From Tetramitus jugosus (Eukaryota; Protista; Heterolobosea): a stretch of DNA of 64,000 bases. The stretch is from assembly GCA_937625935.1 (NCBI GenBank), contig OW569347.1:310001-374000 (forward strand), in the 5' to 3' direction. This document shows positions 1-15,577 of this stretch, in pieces. The first letter of the stretch is position 1. Every line of letters starts with the position of its first letter. Made by a program: the position numbers and the translations under genes. A model generated the notes under the pieces. It did not search any database. It saw only the letters and a list, made by a program, of their open reading frames with translations, and was not told the DNA's origin.

Positions 1-3000
1 AATTTTAACACCAAGACTGTAGATTTAATGAGGACTTGGATGCATGAAATTCAGAGCATACTGGATGAAAACTGCACAATCGGATCGGATAATGGACCAA
101 ATTCAGAAATGGAACACTGGAAGACCAGGTTCTCAAAATTGAATGGAGTTCTTGAGGAGTTAAAGAAGGAAGAGTTCAAAGTCGTTATTTCGATTCTGAA
201 GATATCTAATTCTGATTTGTCAAAGGAGTGGACAGCATTTGATATTCAACTAACAGACAGCATCAATGAATCAAAAGATAATGTAAAATATTTGAGTACT
301 CTCGAAAAGTACATCGATGTTTTATATACAGGCAAACCAACACAGATCATTGATCTGCTTCCTGGTTTGATGAAAAACATTACAATGATTTTCACTCTTT
401 CAAAATACTACAGCAACAAAGGTAATGTAGGATGACGTTTTATTCATTAATACTGTGATGCTAATAATTTGATATGAATGATAGATCGGATTGGTTCTCT
501 ATTCACAAAGATCAGTTCACAGATGATAAATGTGTGTAAGGATGCACTTTCGTCAGAAGGTCGACTTTGGGACCAAGGACTCATTCTCATAAAAAATTTG
601 AAGGATTGCATAAGATTGAAGGACGAATATCAAAAGTGTTATCGTTTGGAGAAGGAGAAACTTCGAAAGCAAAAAGGAAAGCAGTTCGAGTTTACTGAGC
701 TCGAATTATTTGGAAAATTTGAATTATTTTGTAGTCGTATTCGCACACTCATTGAATTGTTTTCAACAATCGAGCAATTTAAATCGCTTCAAACGCACAA
801 CATCGAAGGGATGGATGGACTAATCACAAAGTTTTTTGGTTATGTCGAAGATTTAAAACGAAAATCAACTAATTTATTGGATTACACCAAGAACTCATTC
901 GACAAGGATTACATGGCTTTCAACAAGAAAATAGCACACCTCGAACAATCTCTTCAGGTCACAATCAACACAAGTTTCGAGAACATCTCCAGCAGCGAAC
1001 ATGCACTCAATCTTCTAAAGAAGTTTCAATCAATCTTGTTGAGAGAGAGTTTACAATCCGAACTCGAAAATAAGTACACCGTGATATTTCACAACTATGG
1101 ACTCCAACTTGAACATGTGCAAAAAATTTATGAAAGATTTAAGGAAGGGCCCCCTATGGTAAGAAACGCTCCTCCGGTCTCAGGAAGCATCATTTGGTGT
1201 CGGCAATTAATGAGGCGCATTGAAGACCCAATGATGAAATTCCAGCAAATTCCTACTATTATGGAGTCCAAAGAGTCGAAGAAAATTATCAAGAAGTATA
1301 ATAAGGTGCTTCGTGCATTGTTCAAATTTGAACAATTGTGGATGGATGCATGGGAGAGTACAATCGAGCAGGCGAAATCAGGACTGAAAGCTACCTTGCT
1401 GGTGAAGCTAGAGAACAAGTTCTTCGTTAATTTCGATCGAGAAATTCTACAACTGATCAGAGAGATGAAATGGTTGATGAAATTGGGTGTAGATATACCA
1501 GAAAGCGCCAAAATGGTTCTTCTGCAAGAACAGAAATTCAAATACTACAATAATCAGCTTTGGCACACACTTCGAGAATACGACCGAATTGTTCAAATGG
1601 TGAAAAGGGATACAAGAGAGTTATTGGCTCCCCATCTGATGGATTTAGAAAAGAAGTTAGAGCCGGGTAACACTCTGTTGACATGGACTTCCATGAACAT
1701 CGATGTTTATCTAAAACAAATTCATAAGGGATTATGCAAGTTCGAAGATATGGTGAAGAAAATCAATGATGTTATTGACAGCCGTGTCCAAAAGAATTTA
1801 AAATCTATTAGTAAGACTTTATTAGTTGATCTCCCAGTTGTTGAAACATTTTCTTTAGAAGAGTTTGTTGAGAGACAACATAGATTAATATCATCACACT
1901 CAAAGACAATGAACATTAAGAATATCGAAGTTGAAAAGGCTGTCAACGACATCGTACATATGGTCTCGACTTATCCTCTTGAAGATGCATCCATTCTCGT
2001 AGATAATAATGCGGAAGGGGTCAAACTCAAGAAGTATTTTTCGGCGATGATGCTTCGGGCTATATTGAGCAGCACCACCATTTCATTGAGAGCTATCAAG
2101 AAGAGATTAGGAGGTCGGAAGAGCATTCCAGATTCTCTTGATTCTCCATTTTTTAACATGAATGTAGAGTTGATGATACCTCAGGTCACTCTCAATCCCT
2201 CTTTAGATGAAGTTCAAGATTCAATTGATCGAGCTGCTTTAGCCGTATTAAGCTGCTCCAACCATCTATATATTTGGAATGAAGGATTAGAAGAAAAGGA
2301 CACATCAGATACGTTCCATCGCTTTGTTGCTCAAGATAGTAGTGTGGTGAAAATGATTATGCTGCTGACAGGAGGTCTTCACGGATTAAAAACCCAAGTT
2401 ATTGATTTTCTCAAAGAATTTGAGAAGTATAACTATCTATGGAAGGATGATAAACAGGAGGCTTATGATCAATTTAAAAAAGCATGTCCTTATAGCAAGC
2501 CTTCATTGGACGACTTTGAAGCAAAGCTAAAAGAATACGTAAATCTCGAAAAAGAAATATCCTTTATTGCTTCGAGTCGGACCATTGGGACTCTGTGCTT
2601 GAATACAGAGAAACTAAAGGTGTCTCTCATCGATCAAGCCTTGCAATGGAAGACAGAATATGCGAGGCATCTACATCACACAGCAAAGGCTAGTTTAGAC
2701 AAGTGGCTAACATACATTGACGAATCATCGAAGAAATTGCATCAGGAGATTCACACTCTGGAACATTTGAGATTTGTGATGGATGTTTTGCGTGAAATTA
2801 GAGAAAAAGATCCGTTGACAGATTACAAATTTGCAAAGATTGCAGATAGATATGTGATCTTGCGTAAATACGGAGTAGATGTTCCAAAAGAGGAACACGA
2901 TGAAGTATACGACCTCCCATACAAGTGGGAAAAGTTAGGAAAGACAGCAAATGGTGTCAATATTGAGATAGGCAAGCTACAATCCGGATTTAGGATCCGT

Positions 3001-6000
3001 CTTGTGGAAGCAGTAGCTGCATTTCAAGAAGATGTCAAAAAATTCAGAGCAGAATTTGAAACAGAAGGTCCTATGGTTCCTGACATTAGTCCAACTGAAG
3101 CAATGGAGAGATTAACTAAGTTTCAGAGACTTTATGCCGAAAGGGAACGAAATTTTATCACATATCAAGCAGGAGAAGAGTTATTTGGTCTACCACAGCA
3201 AGATTATCCTCAATTGGCAAAAATGTCGAAAGAACTCGGCTTCCTCCAAAGATTATATTCATTGTACATTGATGTGATCAAAAATGTGTCAAGTTATGAA
3301 GAGATTTTGTGGGTAGATCTTGATTTCCAAGCAATAACTGTCGAAGTGGATAAATTTGCCACCCTGTGCAAAAAGCTTCCAAAGCAGTTGCATCAGTGGC
3401 CTGCATACAAAAAGCTCAGGAAAACAATTGATGATTTTCTCGAACTTCAACCTTTATTGGAAAGACTGAATGATAAGAGCATGCGGAAGCGTCATTGGGA
3501 TGCTCTCCAACAACTGACAGGTCAAGATTTCAAAAAGGAGGATGACGAATTTAAATTGAAACATATTCTAGAAGCCAGATTGCTCGATTATAGAGTTGAT
3601 GTTGAAGAAATTTGTGCTTCAGCAAAAAAGGAAGCAGATATTGAGACAAAGTTAAAAGCTGTCGCAGCTGATTGGGTGAAGAGAGAATTAACTTTCGCAG
3701 AGCACAATAACAGAGGCTTCATTATTCTGAAAGGACAAGAGACAGTTGAGTTAACCGAAGCATTGGAAGAATCTCAGATGCTGTTAGGAGGTATTATGGG
3801 CTCAAGATATCTTGAACCATTTCGGGATGTGGCAGGTGGATGGATGACAAAATTAACATCTGTCACTGAAACAATTCAACAATGGATGCAGGTTCAAGCA
3901 TCTTGGATGTATCTGGAGGCTGTTTTTACGAGTGGTGACATTGCCAAACAATTGTTCCAAGAAGCAAAGAAATTTGCACAAATTGACAAAAATTGGCTGA
4001 AGATAATGCAAAAGGCCTATGCTTCTCCCAATGTTATCCGATTTTGTTATGATAATGAAATGCTAAAAACCTTGCCTTCCCTGAAGGAGCAACTCGAGCA
4101 GTGCCAGAAGTCTCTCTCCGGCTATTTAGAGCAGAAAAGAGACATCTTTCCAAGGTTTTACTTCTCGTCTGATCCAGATCTTCTCCAAATATTATCCCAA
4201 TCATCCGATCCTCACTCCATACAGGACAATTTATATCAAATCTTTGACAGCGTAACAAAAGTAACATTCGATGTAAAGCAGGATAACAAAATTCTCTCTT
4301 TACATTCATCCGAGGGAGAAACAGTTCCACTTGTTGATCCTGTGATTGCAACGGGAAATGTTGAAGTATGGCTCCAGAAATTAGAAGAAGAGATGAAAAA
4401 TACAATGAGATACATTATCAAGAATGCATCTGAGGACTGTCGGAATCTTTCACTTGAGGAATTGACCAACAAATACCCTGCTCAGGTTGCTCTCTTAGCT
4501 ATTCAGTTTATTTGGACAATAGGTTGTGAATCAGCTCTATCAGAAGCGAAAGCAGGAGATCGAAGAGCAATGAACGAAAACTTAAAGGAAGTTGAGCGTG
4601 TCTTGAATGAACTTACCAACATGACGATTAGAAATTTGTCTCCCTTAGATAGAACAAAAATTGAAACTTTGATTGTCATTCAAGTTCATCAGCGTGATGT
4701 GTTCAAGGAGCTTGTAAACCTGAAGGTGAAAGATCCAACAGATTTTGAATGGCAAAAACAAGCAAGATTCTATTGGCAATCAGACACTGACACATGCATG
4801 ATTTGGATTGCTGACATGGAAAGCGAGTATTGTTATGAGTACCTTGGATGTAAGGAACGTTTGGTGATTACCCCACTGACAGACAGATGTTATATAACCT
4901 TAGCACAGGCCATTGGGTTGAAACTAGGTGGTGCACCGGCAGGACCAGCAGGTACAGGCAAAACCGAAACAGTGAAGGATTTAGGAAGAACTTTGGGCAA
5001 ATATGTAGTAGTTTTCAATTGTTCTGATCAAATGGATTATCGAGCTATGGGAAAGATTTTTAAAGGGTTAGCTCAGTCTGGGGCTTGGGGAGATTTTGAT
5101 GAATTTAACCGTATTGAGCTCGAAGTACTCTCTGTGGTAGCTCAGCAAATTCAGTGCATCTTGACTGCCATGAGAGAATCTCGTAAGAAATTTAAATTCA
5201 CTGATGGCAGAACATGCAAACTAAATGATAAGACAGCTATTTTCATCACTATGAATCCTGGTTATCAGGGACGTCAAGAATTACCTGAAAATCTAAAAGT
5301 TCAATTCAGAGGTGTTGCCATGATGGTTCCCGACAGGTTTTACATTATTCGTGTGAAGCTTGCTGCTGCAGGATACAAGAAAAACGATGGATTGGCTAAA
5401 AAGTTCAATGTTTTGTACAGATTATGTGAGCAACAACTCTCCAAGCAACCTCATTATGATTTTGGTTTGAGAAATATTCTTTCTGTCCTAAGAACGGCGG
5501 GTGAAACAAAGAGAGCCAATCCCGATAAATCTGAACCATTCTTATTGATGAGAACGCTCAGAGATATGAATGTCTCAAAGTTAGTGTCGGCTGATGTTCA
5601 ATTATTCAACTCACTGTTGGAGGATCTCTTCCCAGGAATCAAGCCGGACAAGCGCTTGTTTGAGGAGGTTGAAGCTGAACTTCATCATCAAGTTAAAGTT
5701 ATGGGTTTGATTGACCACTCTGATTGGTTCGAGAAAGTCATTCAATTATATGAAACTTCGTTAGTGCGACACGGTATTATGATGGTTGGTCCAGCAGGAG
5801 CAGGCAAGACTGCGTGTTATGAGATCTTATTAAATACCCTTTCGGTTACAACCAAGAAATCTCATAAGCAGATGAGAATGAACCCAAAGGCTATTACAGC
5901 ACCTCAGATGTTTGGTAAGCTTGATGTCGTACAAAATGAATGGACTGATGGCATATTTTCATCAATGTGGAAGGAAGCCAACAAACCAGGCAAGAAACAA

Positions 6001-9000
6001 AATATTTGGATCATTTGTGATGGACCCGTTGATGCTATCTGGATTGAAAATCTGAATACAGTACTCGACGATAACAAATTATTGACACTTGCTGATGGAG
6101 CTCGTATCCCAATGTCTGCAAATGTAAAAATGTGTTTCGAGGTTGAGAATTTGAACAATGCTTCTCCTGCTACGGTATCTAGAGCTGGTCAAATTTACCT
6201 CAGTGAGGATGTTCTGGGTTGGAAGCCACCACTGGAATCCAAGTTACTGGGTGCTAAAACTAAAGAAGGTGTTTTGACAACTCCATTCACAGAATCCGAA
6301 ACACAGAGAGTTCGTGAATTGTTTTATGCTCACACTGACACCATGTTCGAATTCATGCAAAAAGAGTTGAAACCCATCATGAGTGTGTGCCAGGTGAATC
6401 AGGTCATTACATGTTTCGATCTCTTGAATGGTATGGTCAAAGAGCACAGAGAAGAAGAACACAAAGAAATTGATCAGGTGCACTTGGAACGATTATTCTT
6501 TTATGCTTTTGCATGGTCTATTGGTGGTACTCTGGAATCTGAAGGACGAGAACGATTGAGCCAGGCTATCACAAAATTATCTAATCATGTCCCCAAGGAT
6601 GAATCGATTTATGACATGTTTGTTGACTCAAAAACAAAACAATGGACATCTTGGAAAACTGTTGTACCATCATGGACCTATCCAGACAATGACAAGCTTG
6701 ACTTCTCGACTCTTTTCGTACCAACTTTGGATAGCGAGAGGACTCTGTACTTGTTGAAAATATTGGCAGAACAAAGAAAGGACATTCTCCTACTCGGTGG
6801 GTCAGGTACAGCGAAAACAGTATCAGCTGAAAACTTTTTGTACAGACAAGATCCAGATGTGATGTTGTACAAAAAGGTTAACTTCTCGTCCGCTACAACA
6901 CCAAACATTTTCCAAACGACGGTGGAGAGTGTAATTGAAAAGAGATTTAGAGCATATGGTCCACCAAATGGCAGAAGGATGATCATGTTCTTGGATGACG
7001 TGAATATGCCAGAGATTAACGAGTGGGGAGATCAAGTAACAAATGAAATTGTTCGCCAACTGATCGAATACAAAGGCTTTTATAGTCTCGTGAGAATTGG
7101 AGAGTTTATTCATGTTGAAGATCTACAGTTCATTGGAGCAATGAGCCATCCTGGAGGGGGCAAGAATGACATACCGAACAGACTAAAAAGACATTTCGCC
7201 ATATTTAACTTGACTCTCCCATCTGAGGAATCAATTGATCAGATATTCGGTTCTATTATCAGGGGAAGATTTAATCATAATCGGATTCAGGATGAAAGTT
7301 TGCTCAATGTTGCCAACAACATCACAAAAGCTACGATGTTATTCTGGCAGAAACTATCTGAACAAATGCTGCCAACTCCAAACAAGTTCCACTACATCTT
7401 TAATTTAAGAGATTTATCGAAGATCTACCAAGGATTGATGCTTTGCCCTCTGGATGTTGTCAAGTCAGCGAATACCTTGGTGTCCCTATGGAACCATGAG
7501 TGTACTAGAGTTTTCTCTGATAGATTAAATGATGTGAAAGACAAAGAATGGTTTGATAACAAGATATTTGAACTCATGAGAAAGTACTTTGGAGAAGAAC
7601 TCGCCAAACAAAACAAGAATCCAACATATTTTGTCAATTTCCTCAGAGATCCCATTTACGACGAAGAAACAGATGAAATGATTGAGGAAGCGCCCAAAAT
7701 CTATGAACCAATTGACAGTATTTTGGCTATTAAGCCTCGGATTGAACAAAGAATGAAGGAAATGAATCCACCTCTGGATTTAGTTTTGTTCGATGCAGCT
7801 GTGAAGCACCTGATTCGTATCTCTCGTATCATCTCAATGCCTCGAGGTAATGCTCTACTTGTGGGTGTAGGAGGTTCTGGTAAACAGAGTTTAACTCGTT
7901 TGGCTTCGTTTATTAACCGTTATGAGACAAGACAAATTGTTCTGCACAAAACCTATAATACCAATAATCTATTTGATGACCTGCGCGAATTGTATAAGTT
8001 AACAGGAGCACAAGGCAAAGATGTTACGTTTATCTTCACTGACAATGAAATTAAGAGCGAAACATTCCTTGAATATATCAACAGCATTCTATCTTCAGGA
8101 GAAGTTGCCAATTTATTCCCAAAGGAAGACTTGGATAATATCATAAATGATCTGAGAGAAGTCGCGAAGAAAGAATTCCCTGACACTTTAGGAAGGGATA
8201 GTAGTTGGGATAATATGTACAGATTCTTTATCAATCGTGTCAGAGATAAACTTCATATTGTACTGTGCTTCTCTCCTGTGGGAGAGAAGTTCAGGACAAG
8301 AGCCTTAAAATTCCCAGGCCTAATCAGTGGTTGTACTGTCAATTGGTTTTTCCCATGGCCTGAGGACGCACTTGTTAGTGTCGCGAATAAGTTTTTGGGA
8401 GAACTCGAAATTGAGTGTGATGCACAAACAAAGAGTAACTTGATCAAACACATGGCAACCGTTCATTTGTCCATGAATTCTGTCGCATCAGATTACTTCC
8501 AACGCTTCAGAAGGCATGTTTACACCACACCTCGGTCTTTCCTCTCTTTCATTCAACTGTATAGAGAAATCTACCAGGTGAAGCACACTGAAATTGCCTC
8601 TATGGCAAGAAAGGTAAATGTTGGTCTAGAAAAACTGGATGATGCAGGTCAGGATGTAAAGAAGGAAGAAATTAAGCTGAAAGATAAGGAAGTAAAACTA
8701 TTGATGGCTCAAAAACAAATAGAAGAAATGTTGAAAGAAATCGCAGTAAGCACCCAAAAAGCAGAGAAGAAAAAGAAAGAAGTAGAGGAAGTCAAGATGG
8801 TTTTAGAAAAAGAACATGAAATAGTTAACAAGGGAAAACATGAAGCCGAGAAAGATCTACAGGCAGCTGAACCTGCTATGAGAGATGCAGAAAATGCATT
8901 GAAGGAGCTCACAGTTAAAGAAATTAACACTTTGAAGGGTTATAGACCCTCTCCGCCTCAGCTTATTCGAATTGTGTTCGACGGAGTCGCTCTCCTGCGT

Positions 9001-12000
9001 CAGTATCCTATGAACAAAGTACGAGTCGAGAATGACAAGAAAATAGGCAACTTCGTTGCTGACTCTTGGGATCACACGAAGAAAATGTTGGCTGATGTTA
9101 ACTTTTTGAAGTCACTCATGAACTTTGAGAAAGATGAGATGAATGATGAAACCATTGAACTCCTTCAACCATATCTAAATATGGCCGTGTATAAGCCTGA
9201 AACATTGACTAGCGTTTCACCTGCCGCGGCATCTCTCTGTAAATGGGTGAGAGCTATGGCAATCTATCATGTAACTGCGAAGGATGTTAGACCAAAGATC
9301 GAAAAACTGAAAATCGCTGAGAGAAAACTTGAGGTTGCATCAGCCAAATTAAAGGCAAAGGAAGATGAACTAGCTGTTGTCCAGGAGGAATTGAACAAGA
9401 TTCAACAGAAGTTTGATGAGGCCCAACGTAGAAAACAAGAATTGCAAGAAGATGCTGAGAGAACAAGAAAATTCACTGTCCAAGCAAATAATCTGATTGC
9501 TGCTCTGTCTGGTGAGAGGGAGAGATGGACCCAACAATCAAACCAATTCAAAGATATGATTAATAGACTTACTGGAGACGTCGCTCTCGCTTGTGCTTTC
9601 ATATCCTACTGTGGTCCGTTCAATTCTGAATTTAGAAGCTTGCTTCTTGGGAAAACATTTTACTCTGATTGTGTGAAACGTAACATACCTGTTACTAAAG
9701 ATTTAAAGGTTATTAAGATGTTTACAGATGAAGCACAAATAGGAGAATGGGCACTCGAAGGTCTTCCATCGGACAACCACTCGATCGAGAATGCCATCAT
9801 GATCACAAGATCAACGAAATGGCCGTTGATTATCGATCCACAAGGACAAGGTCTAGCATGGCTGAAAAAGAGAGAATCAGAGAATGAACTTTTTATCACC
9901 CGCTTGAATGACAAGATGTTCAAACAAAAACTTGAGGATTGCATATCTTTTGGTCGCCCCTTGATTATTGAAAATGTTGATGAAGAATTAGATCCAATGC
10001 TAGATCCAGTGTTGGAGAAGAACTTTGTTATGAGCGGAAGGACTAAGCAATTAATTATTCAAGACAAAGCGGTTGACTACGATGATAATTTTAAATTATT
10101 TATAACTACTAAGCTCGCCAATCCTCACTTTAGCCCTGAGTTGTCAGCAAAGACAACAGTCATAGACTTCACTGTTACTATGGGCGGATTGGAGCAACAG
10201 CTACTTGGATATGTGATTCAAAAGGAGAAGGCAGAGCTTGAGGAAGAAAGAGAGAAACTGCTACAAGATGTGAATAACAACCAAAAGAAGATTAGAGATT
10301 ACGAAGATGCCCTCTTGAAAGAACTTTCTAATGCTCAGGGTAATCTCCTCCAGAACGAACCTCTGATTGAAACCCTTGCCAATACAAAGAAAGCAGCTGT
10401 AGAAGTCAAAGAAAAATTGAATGTAGCCATGGAAACAGAGAAGAGAATCAATGCTGCCAGAGAAGACTATCGGCCTGTGGCCATTCGTGGAAGTGTTTTA
10501 TATTTCTTAGTGGTGGAAATGAGTTTGGTGAACCCAATGTACCAAACATCCTTGAAACAATTTTTACACTTGTTTGATAAGGCGATTGGTAACTCTCCTC
10601 AAGCAGCTTTGGCTAAGCAGAGGATAGATAATATTATTGAAACATGTACTTTTTCAATCTATCGTTACATCAGCAGAGGTTTGTTCAAGAGACACAAATT
10701 CCTATTTGTTCTACTTCTAGCCTGTAAGATTTTGCTCCGTGCTGAAAAGTTGAGTTACGAGTCCTTCAGTTTATTGTTGAAAGGTGGATCAATGTTGGAT
10801 ATTAAGAGTGTGAGACCGAATATTTGCACTTGGTTACCAGACACTGCATGGCTAAATATTATTGCTTTAACGAGTTTGAAAACTTTTGAATCTCTTCCCG
10901 ATCTCATTCAAAAGAATGAGAAGTCATGGCAAGCACTTTATGATTCAGAAAAACCTGAAGACGCTAGAATAGTTAAGATCCCTGATATCAACGAAAAAGT
11001 CAATAAATTTGAGAGATTATTGTTGGTACGGGCACTCAGGGAAGACAGAACGGTTCTAGCTGCCATTGAATTCATTAAAGATACATTGGGAGAACATTAT
11101 GTGGAATCAGTAACAGTGGAACTAGAAGATACATGGAAAGAGAGTTCCAACTTGCAACCGTTGGTGTGTTTACTGAGTCCTGGTTCGGATCCGACAAGTA
11201 TGATTGAGAATCTGGCCAAATCTCAGAAGAGGGAAATTTACTCCATTTCAATGGGACAGGGACAAGAGAAGGGAGCCACAGAATTGATTGATAATGGATT
11301 TGCGAATGGAAGCTGGGTACTATTGCAAAATTGTCATCTCGGTCTCAACTTCATTTCAACGATAGAAGATAAATTGAAGATGGCAGATTACGTTCACCCC
11401 GATTTCAGGTTGTGGATAACCTCGGAGCCAAATCCTCGATTCCCAATCGGTCTCCTCCAAATGGGTATTAAAATAACGTTGGAAGGAGATGTTGGAATCA
11501 AAGCAGGTATGAAGAGTTCTTTCAGTTGGATTACCCAAGAACTATTGATGGCTTCTAAGAGACCTGAATGGGCACCCTTACTTTACAGCATGTGCTTCTT
11601 GAATAGTATTGTACAAGAGAGACGTAAGTTCGGTCCTCTTGGTTGGAATATTCCTTACGAATTTAACTATGCCGATTTAGATGCATCCCTATCATTCCTA
11701 CAAAACCACTTTGCTTCAATTGGAGATGATTTTAAGAAAGGACCGCCAATTAGTTGGCCAACTGTCCAATATATGATTTGTGAAGTACACTATGGTGGTA
11801 AAATCACTGATGATAGAGATAGAGATATGTTTGTCACATATGGCGAGTGTTGGTTACGACCAGAAGTAGCGGATCCCAAGTTCAAATTTGCGGAGGGATA
11901 CACAATTCCTCAATTAGAAGAGAAAGAAAAAACCAAGTATGAGGAGTACATAGATAAGTTGCCAGCAATTGATCATCCCGGAGTGTTTGGTCTTCATTCA

Positions 12001-12930
12001 AATGCTGATATAACATATCGTACAGAGGAATCAAAGGGCATTCTTGCAACCATTTTGGACATTCAACCAAAAGAGAGCTCTGGAACGGGTGGTGAAACAA
12101 GAGAAGACAAAGTAATGAAAATTGCTGACAATCTTCTTGCAAAAGTTCCTGCAGACTTTAACCCTGAGACTGTCGCATCAAGTATCAAGAAGCTTGGAGG
12201 AACATTCAAGAACTCTCTGAACGTATTCTTAAAACAAGAGATTGATCGCCTTCAGATCCTTGTCCGTCTTACAAGAAAAACATTGGCTGAACTGAAGTTG
12301 GCTATCGATGGAACCATTATTATGAGCCCAACCTTGCAAGATGCTCTGAACAATCTTCATGACGGTCGTGTTCCAAGTGCTTGGAGCAAATACTCTTGGT
12401 ATGCAGCAACCCTTGGACTTTGGTTTACTGAATTACTGATGAGATATGACCAGCTCCATAACTGGCTCACAGTTGAAAGACCAAAGAGCTTTTGGCTTGC
12501 TGGCTTCTATAATCCTCAAGGCTTTTTAACTGCCGTGCAGCAAGAGGTGACAAGAAACAAGCAAGGATGGGCCTTGGATGATGTCATACTGAAAACTGAG
12601 GTCACCAAGATGGACAAGACAGATATCACTTCGCCACCTGAGGAGGGCGTGTACATTCATGGAATGTATCTGGAGGGTGCTAGTTGGGACAAGAAAAATA
12701 GTCGTCTGGCGGAGTCACAACCAAAGATATTGTATACTGAACTTCCGGTGTTGCTCATCACAGCACAGACAGAGAAGAAGGCTGGAAAGAAGTTTTATCC
12801 ATGTCCCGTGTACCGAAACAAAACAAGAAACGACCTAACATATGTATTCACTGTGGATCTCAATTGTGCTGAAGATCGTTCGCATTGGAAAATGAGAGGT
12901 GTTGCTCTGTTGACCAACAAGGACAGTTGA
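1..12930 (+). CDS. Axonemal outer-arm dynein heavy chain, DNAH5/DNAH8 (gamma-type)-like; 5' end lies outside the window; intron 422-484
   Basis: Frame is open from base 1. A GT..AG intron (422-484) joins the 28..435 and 478..12930 ORFs in frame. P-loops are GPAGTGKT, GPAGAGKT, GGSGTAKT and GVGGSGKQ. Stalk coiled coil, WLAGFYNPQGFLT and PPVSGSIIWCRQL are typical of the DNAH5/8 class. Confidence 0.95.
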
Positions 12931-12973
12931 ACATCGAATTCGAAAAATAAAACCAACTTTCACACAGAAAAGC

Positions 12974-13414
12974 ATGTCCTCGTTTGAAATTCGAGCTCAC
13001 GCATTTCGCTTGCACCCAAATGATGATCTCTACGAAGGAATCAGAGAATATGTGATGAAGAATGAGATTCTAGCAGGAACGATACAAACATGTGTCGGCA
13101 GTCTCAACCAGATTGCAATTCGATTGGCTGATGAGACAAAATTTGCCAACAGAATTGAGAACTTTGAGATTTGTTCCTTGGTGGGAACTGTGAGCCAGTC
13201 TGGTTTACACCTGCATATCTCTCTGAGTGATCACGAGGGAAAGATGTTGGGAGGTCATGTCATGCCAGGTTGTAAGATTTATACGACTGGCGAAATTGTG
13301 CTTCTCGAGTTTGGAACCATGATTTTCAACAGAGAAATGGACAGTAGAACCGGTTTCAAGGAGCTAGTCGTTCGGACAAGATCACCATCGTCTCTCACTG
13401 AACAACAAGAGTAA
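12974..13414 (+). CDS. PPC/DUF296-domain protein
   Basis: Motifs FRLHPNDDL, CVGSL, FEICSLVG, HLHISLSD..GGH and TTGEIVL match the PPC (DUF296) pattern. Confidence 0.85.
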   Translation: MSSFEIRAHAFRLHPNDDLYEGIREYVMKNEILAGTIQTCVGSLNQIAIRLADETKFANRIENFEICSLVGTVSQSGLHLHISLSDHEGKMLGGHVMPGCKIYTTGEIVLLEFGTMIFNREMDSRTGFKELVVRTRSPSSLTEQQE

Positions 13415-13656
13415 TAAACAACCAAAACTTGCTCTCCACAAACAATTGTACATTTTCGGAGTTTTTCCCCTTGACATTTGAGTGATTGTGCCGATGAAAT
13501 CAGATGGAAAAAATGATCCTCACCGTGAATGATTACCAACAGTCGGTTCGTTGTTGCTCTTTTTTTCAAAAAAGAACATAAAAATAAAAGAGCTCTCTTG
13601 TTGCTTCTGCACGGTGTAGAAGAAAGAAAAAAGAAAAAAGAAACAACAACATTCAA

Positions 13657-15343
13657 ATGTCGCTCGAGAAAAATCTCACATTTCAAGTGCCTGCCAGTGA
13701 ACTTGCCAAGCATGCAGTCTACTCTGGCACCATATCCAAACAAGGTAACAACAGGTTTTTTTTTGTAAGGTGGTACATTGGATCATTCTGCACCACCATG
13801 TGCATGTGCATGTGCATGTGCTACTAGGTGACTAACCGACCTACTACTACTACGACTACTGCTACTTTTTTGTCATATTCACTTCTCACAACTCACTCAT
13901 AACAACAACAACAACAACTGAACAACAACTAACAAAAAACCATTATCAGATAAGAAAGTAGGTGTCATTTGGCGAAAGAGATTCTGCGTTCTCATGTACA
14001 CATCATCAGACGACATGGAAGACACGAATCGCTACGGCAACATTTACATGTTCACCTCTCTGGACGACAAGCGGACAAAGAGCAAAGTAGACTTGCGCAA
14101 AACGGTCAAGGACGTGGAAAAGACCAAAAAAAATGGAATCAAGATTGAGTTGACCAGTGGACGATGCTTTTATTTTTCGTGCAGTGAGAAGAGTGAGGTC
14201 GATTTGTGGTATCGATACATTCAAGAGGCATCACAGGGAAAGTTGTCTACGGATGCAAGGGACGCAAACTCGTTCCTGTTGCGCAGCAAGGCCACACACA
14301 AGATTCGACATGAGCACTATGTGAGAGGACGCAGTGTCTTTATCAAGCAATCACCATTCTTGCAGCAGCAACAACAACAACAACAACAACAACAATTGCA
14401 GCAGCAACAATTGTCCACTCCATTCTCATCGTCTTCATCGTCATCACCTGTGGACGGTAGTAGCAGTGGTGGTGGTGATGCCGATTATAATAACAATCAT
14501 CACAATAACAATCACCACAATATCAATCATAGCAACAACAACAATAATAATAATGATGATGATGAGAATGACAATGAGAATGACGATGACAACAATAGTG
14601 ACTTGATGTTGGAGTTGCCAACCACGTCAACCTTTAGGAAGAAGCTATCGACAAAGAAGAGGAGAGAAACAAAGAGAGGAGACGTTCGCAGCAGAGTCTT
14701 TTCACTGCAAAAACCGCCAAGCATGTTGCTGAGAGAGGAGTTGGAGCCATGGATTCAATGGAGCAAGGAATACATGCACTATGGTGCACGAATCATCAAA
14801 TTCCCCTACATGGGAGCTTCCAGTGGAAGACCCAAGCGAAGGTTCATGTCCATATCAAAGGACGAGAGTCGTTTGATGTGGGGAACCACGAGAGACGTGT
14901 CTCTGTTGAATCGTAGTGTGTCTGTCGATCGTGTCGAACAAGTGATCTATGGTCCGTTTTCATTGACAATGAATCGGTATGCTTTTGTTGATGGGAACAG
15001 CAATAGCAATCCCAGCTCAATCACTCCCTGGAGATGTATCAGTATTGTAATCAAGATGAATGAGGAGGAAACGAAGAATGATGAAGAGGTGAGTGGATCC
15101 ACGCGGGAGCCACAGTACCGAACCATTGATTTGCAATTTTCAAGTGACAGTGAGACGTTGGCATGGTATGTTGGATTGCAGAGCGTGTGTCCGTGGGCTC
15201 AGACCAATGTAGAACTCAGTCAGTTCAAATGGACAAAGCTCCGACTGCAAATGGAACAAAAACTGTTGACAGAGCAGCCAGTGTCGCCCAACGACGACAA
15301 TTCAATTGCTTCAATGATTATCCAGTCATTGGATCAATTGTAA
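13657..15343 (+). CDS. Protein with two PH-like domains and a poly-Q/N/D linker; intron 13745-13949
   Basis: Exon 1 (MSLEK..YSGTISKQ) splices in frame to DKKVGVIWRKRFCVL..EVDLWYRYI, an N-terminal PH domain. The C-terminal GARIIKF..GRPKRRF..RTIDL..AWYVGL is a PLC-type PH domain. Confidence 0.75.
13796..13932. repeat. Intronic microsatellites (CATGTG)n, (TAC)n and (AAC)n
   Basis: Tandem repeats are directly visible in the intron of the PH-domain gene. Confidence 0.85.
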
Positions 15344-15577
15344 TGACACACAACAACACTCTTCTCCCTCTTGTAAAAGACTCCTTGATTGTATTTTTTC
15401 TCCCTTTTCTCCGATGTTCATTTTGCCGCCCAAATCACACAAACTACCTTCGTCAAGAAGCTCAAAAGCCAAAGCCATCGTCATCCTGGTAGAGCAACTG
15501 ACTGCCGACACACGCACAACGAATACTATCTATCAGTCAGAAGAGGAAAGTAGTGGCTTGTTCACACACACACACAA

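Noticed and set aside
1128-12142. Many short antisense and alternative-frame ORFs within dynein and other genes
   Set aside because: They are shadow ORFs of long coding regions or trinucleotide repeats and have no recognisable motifs.
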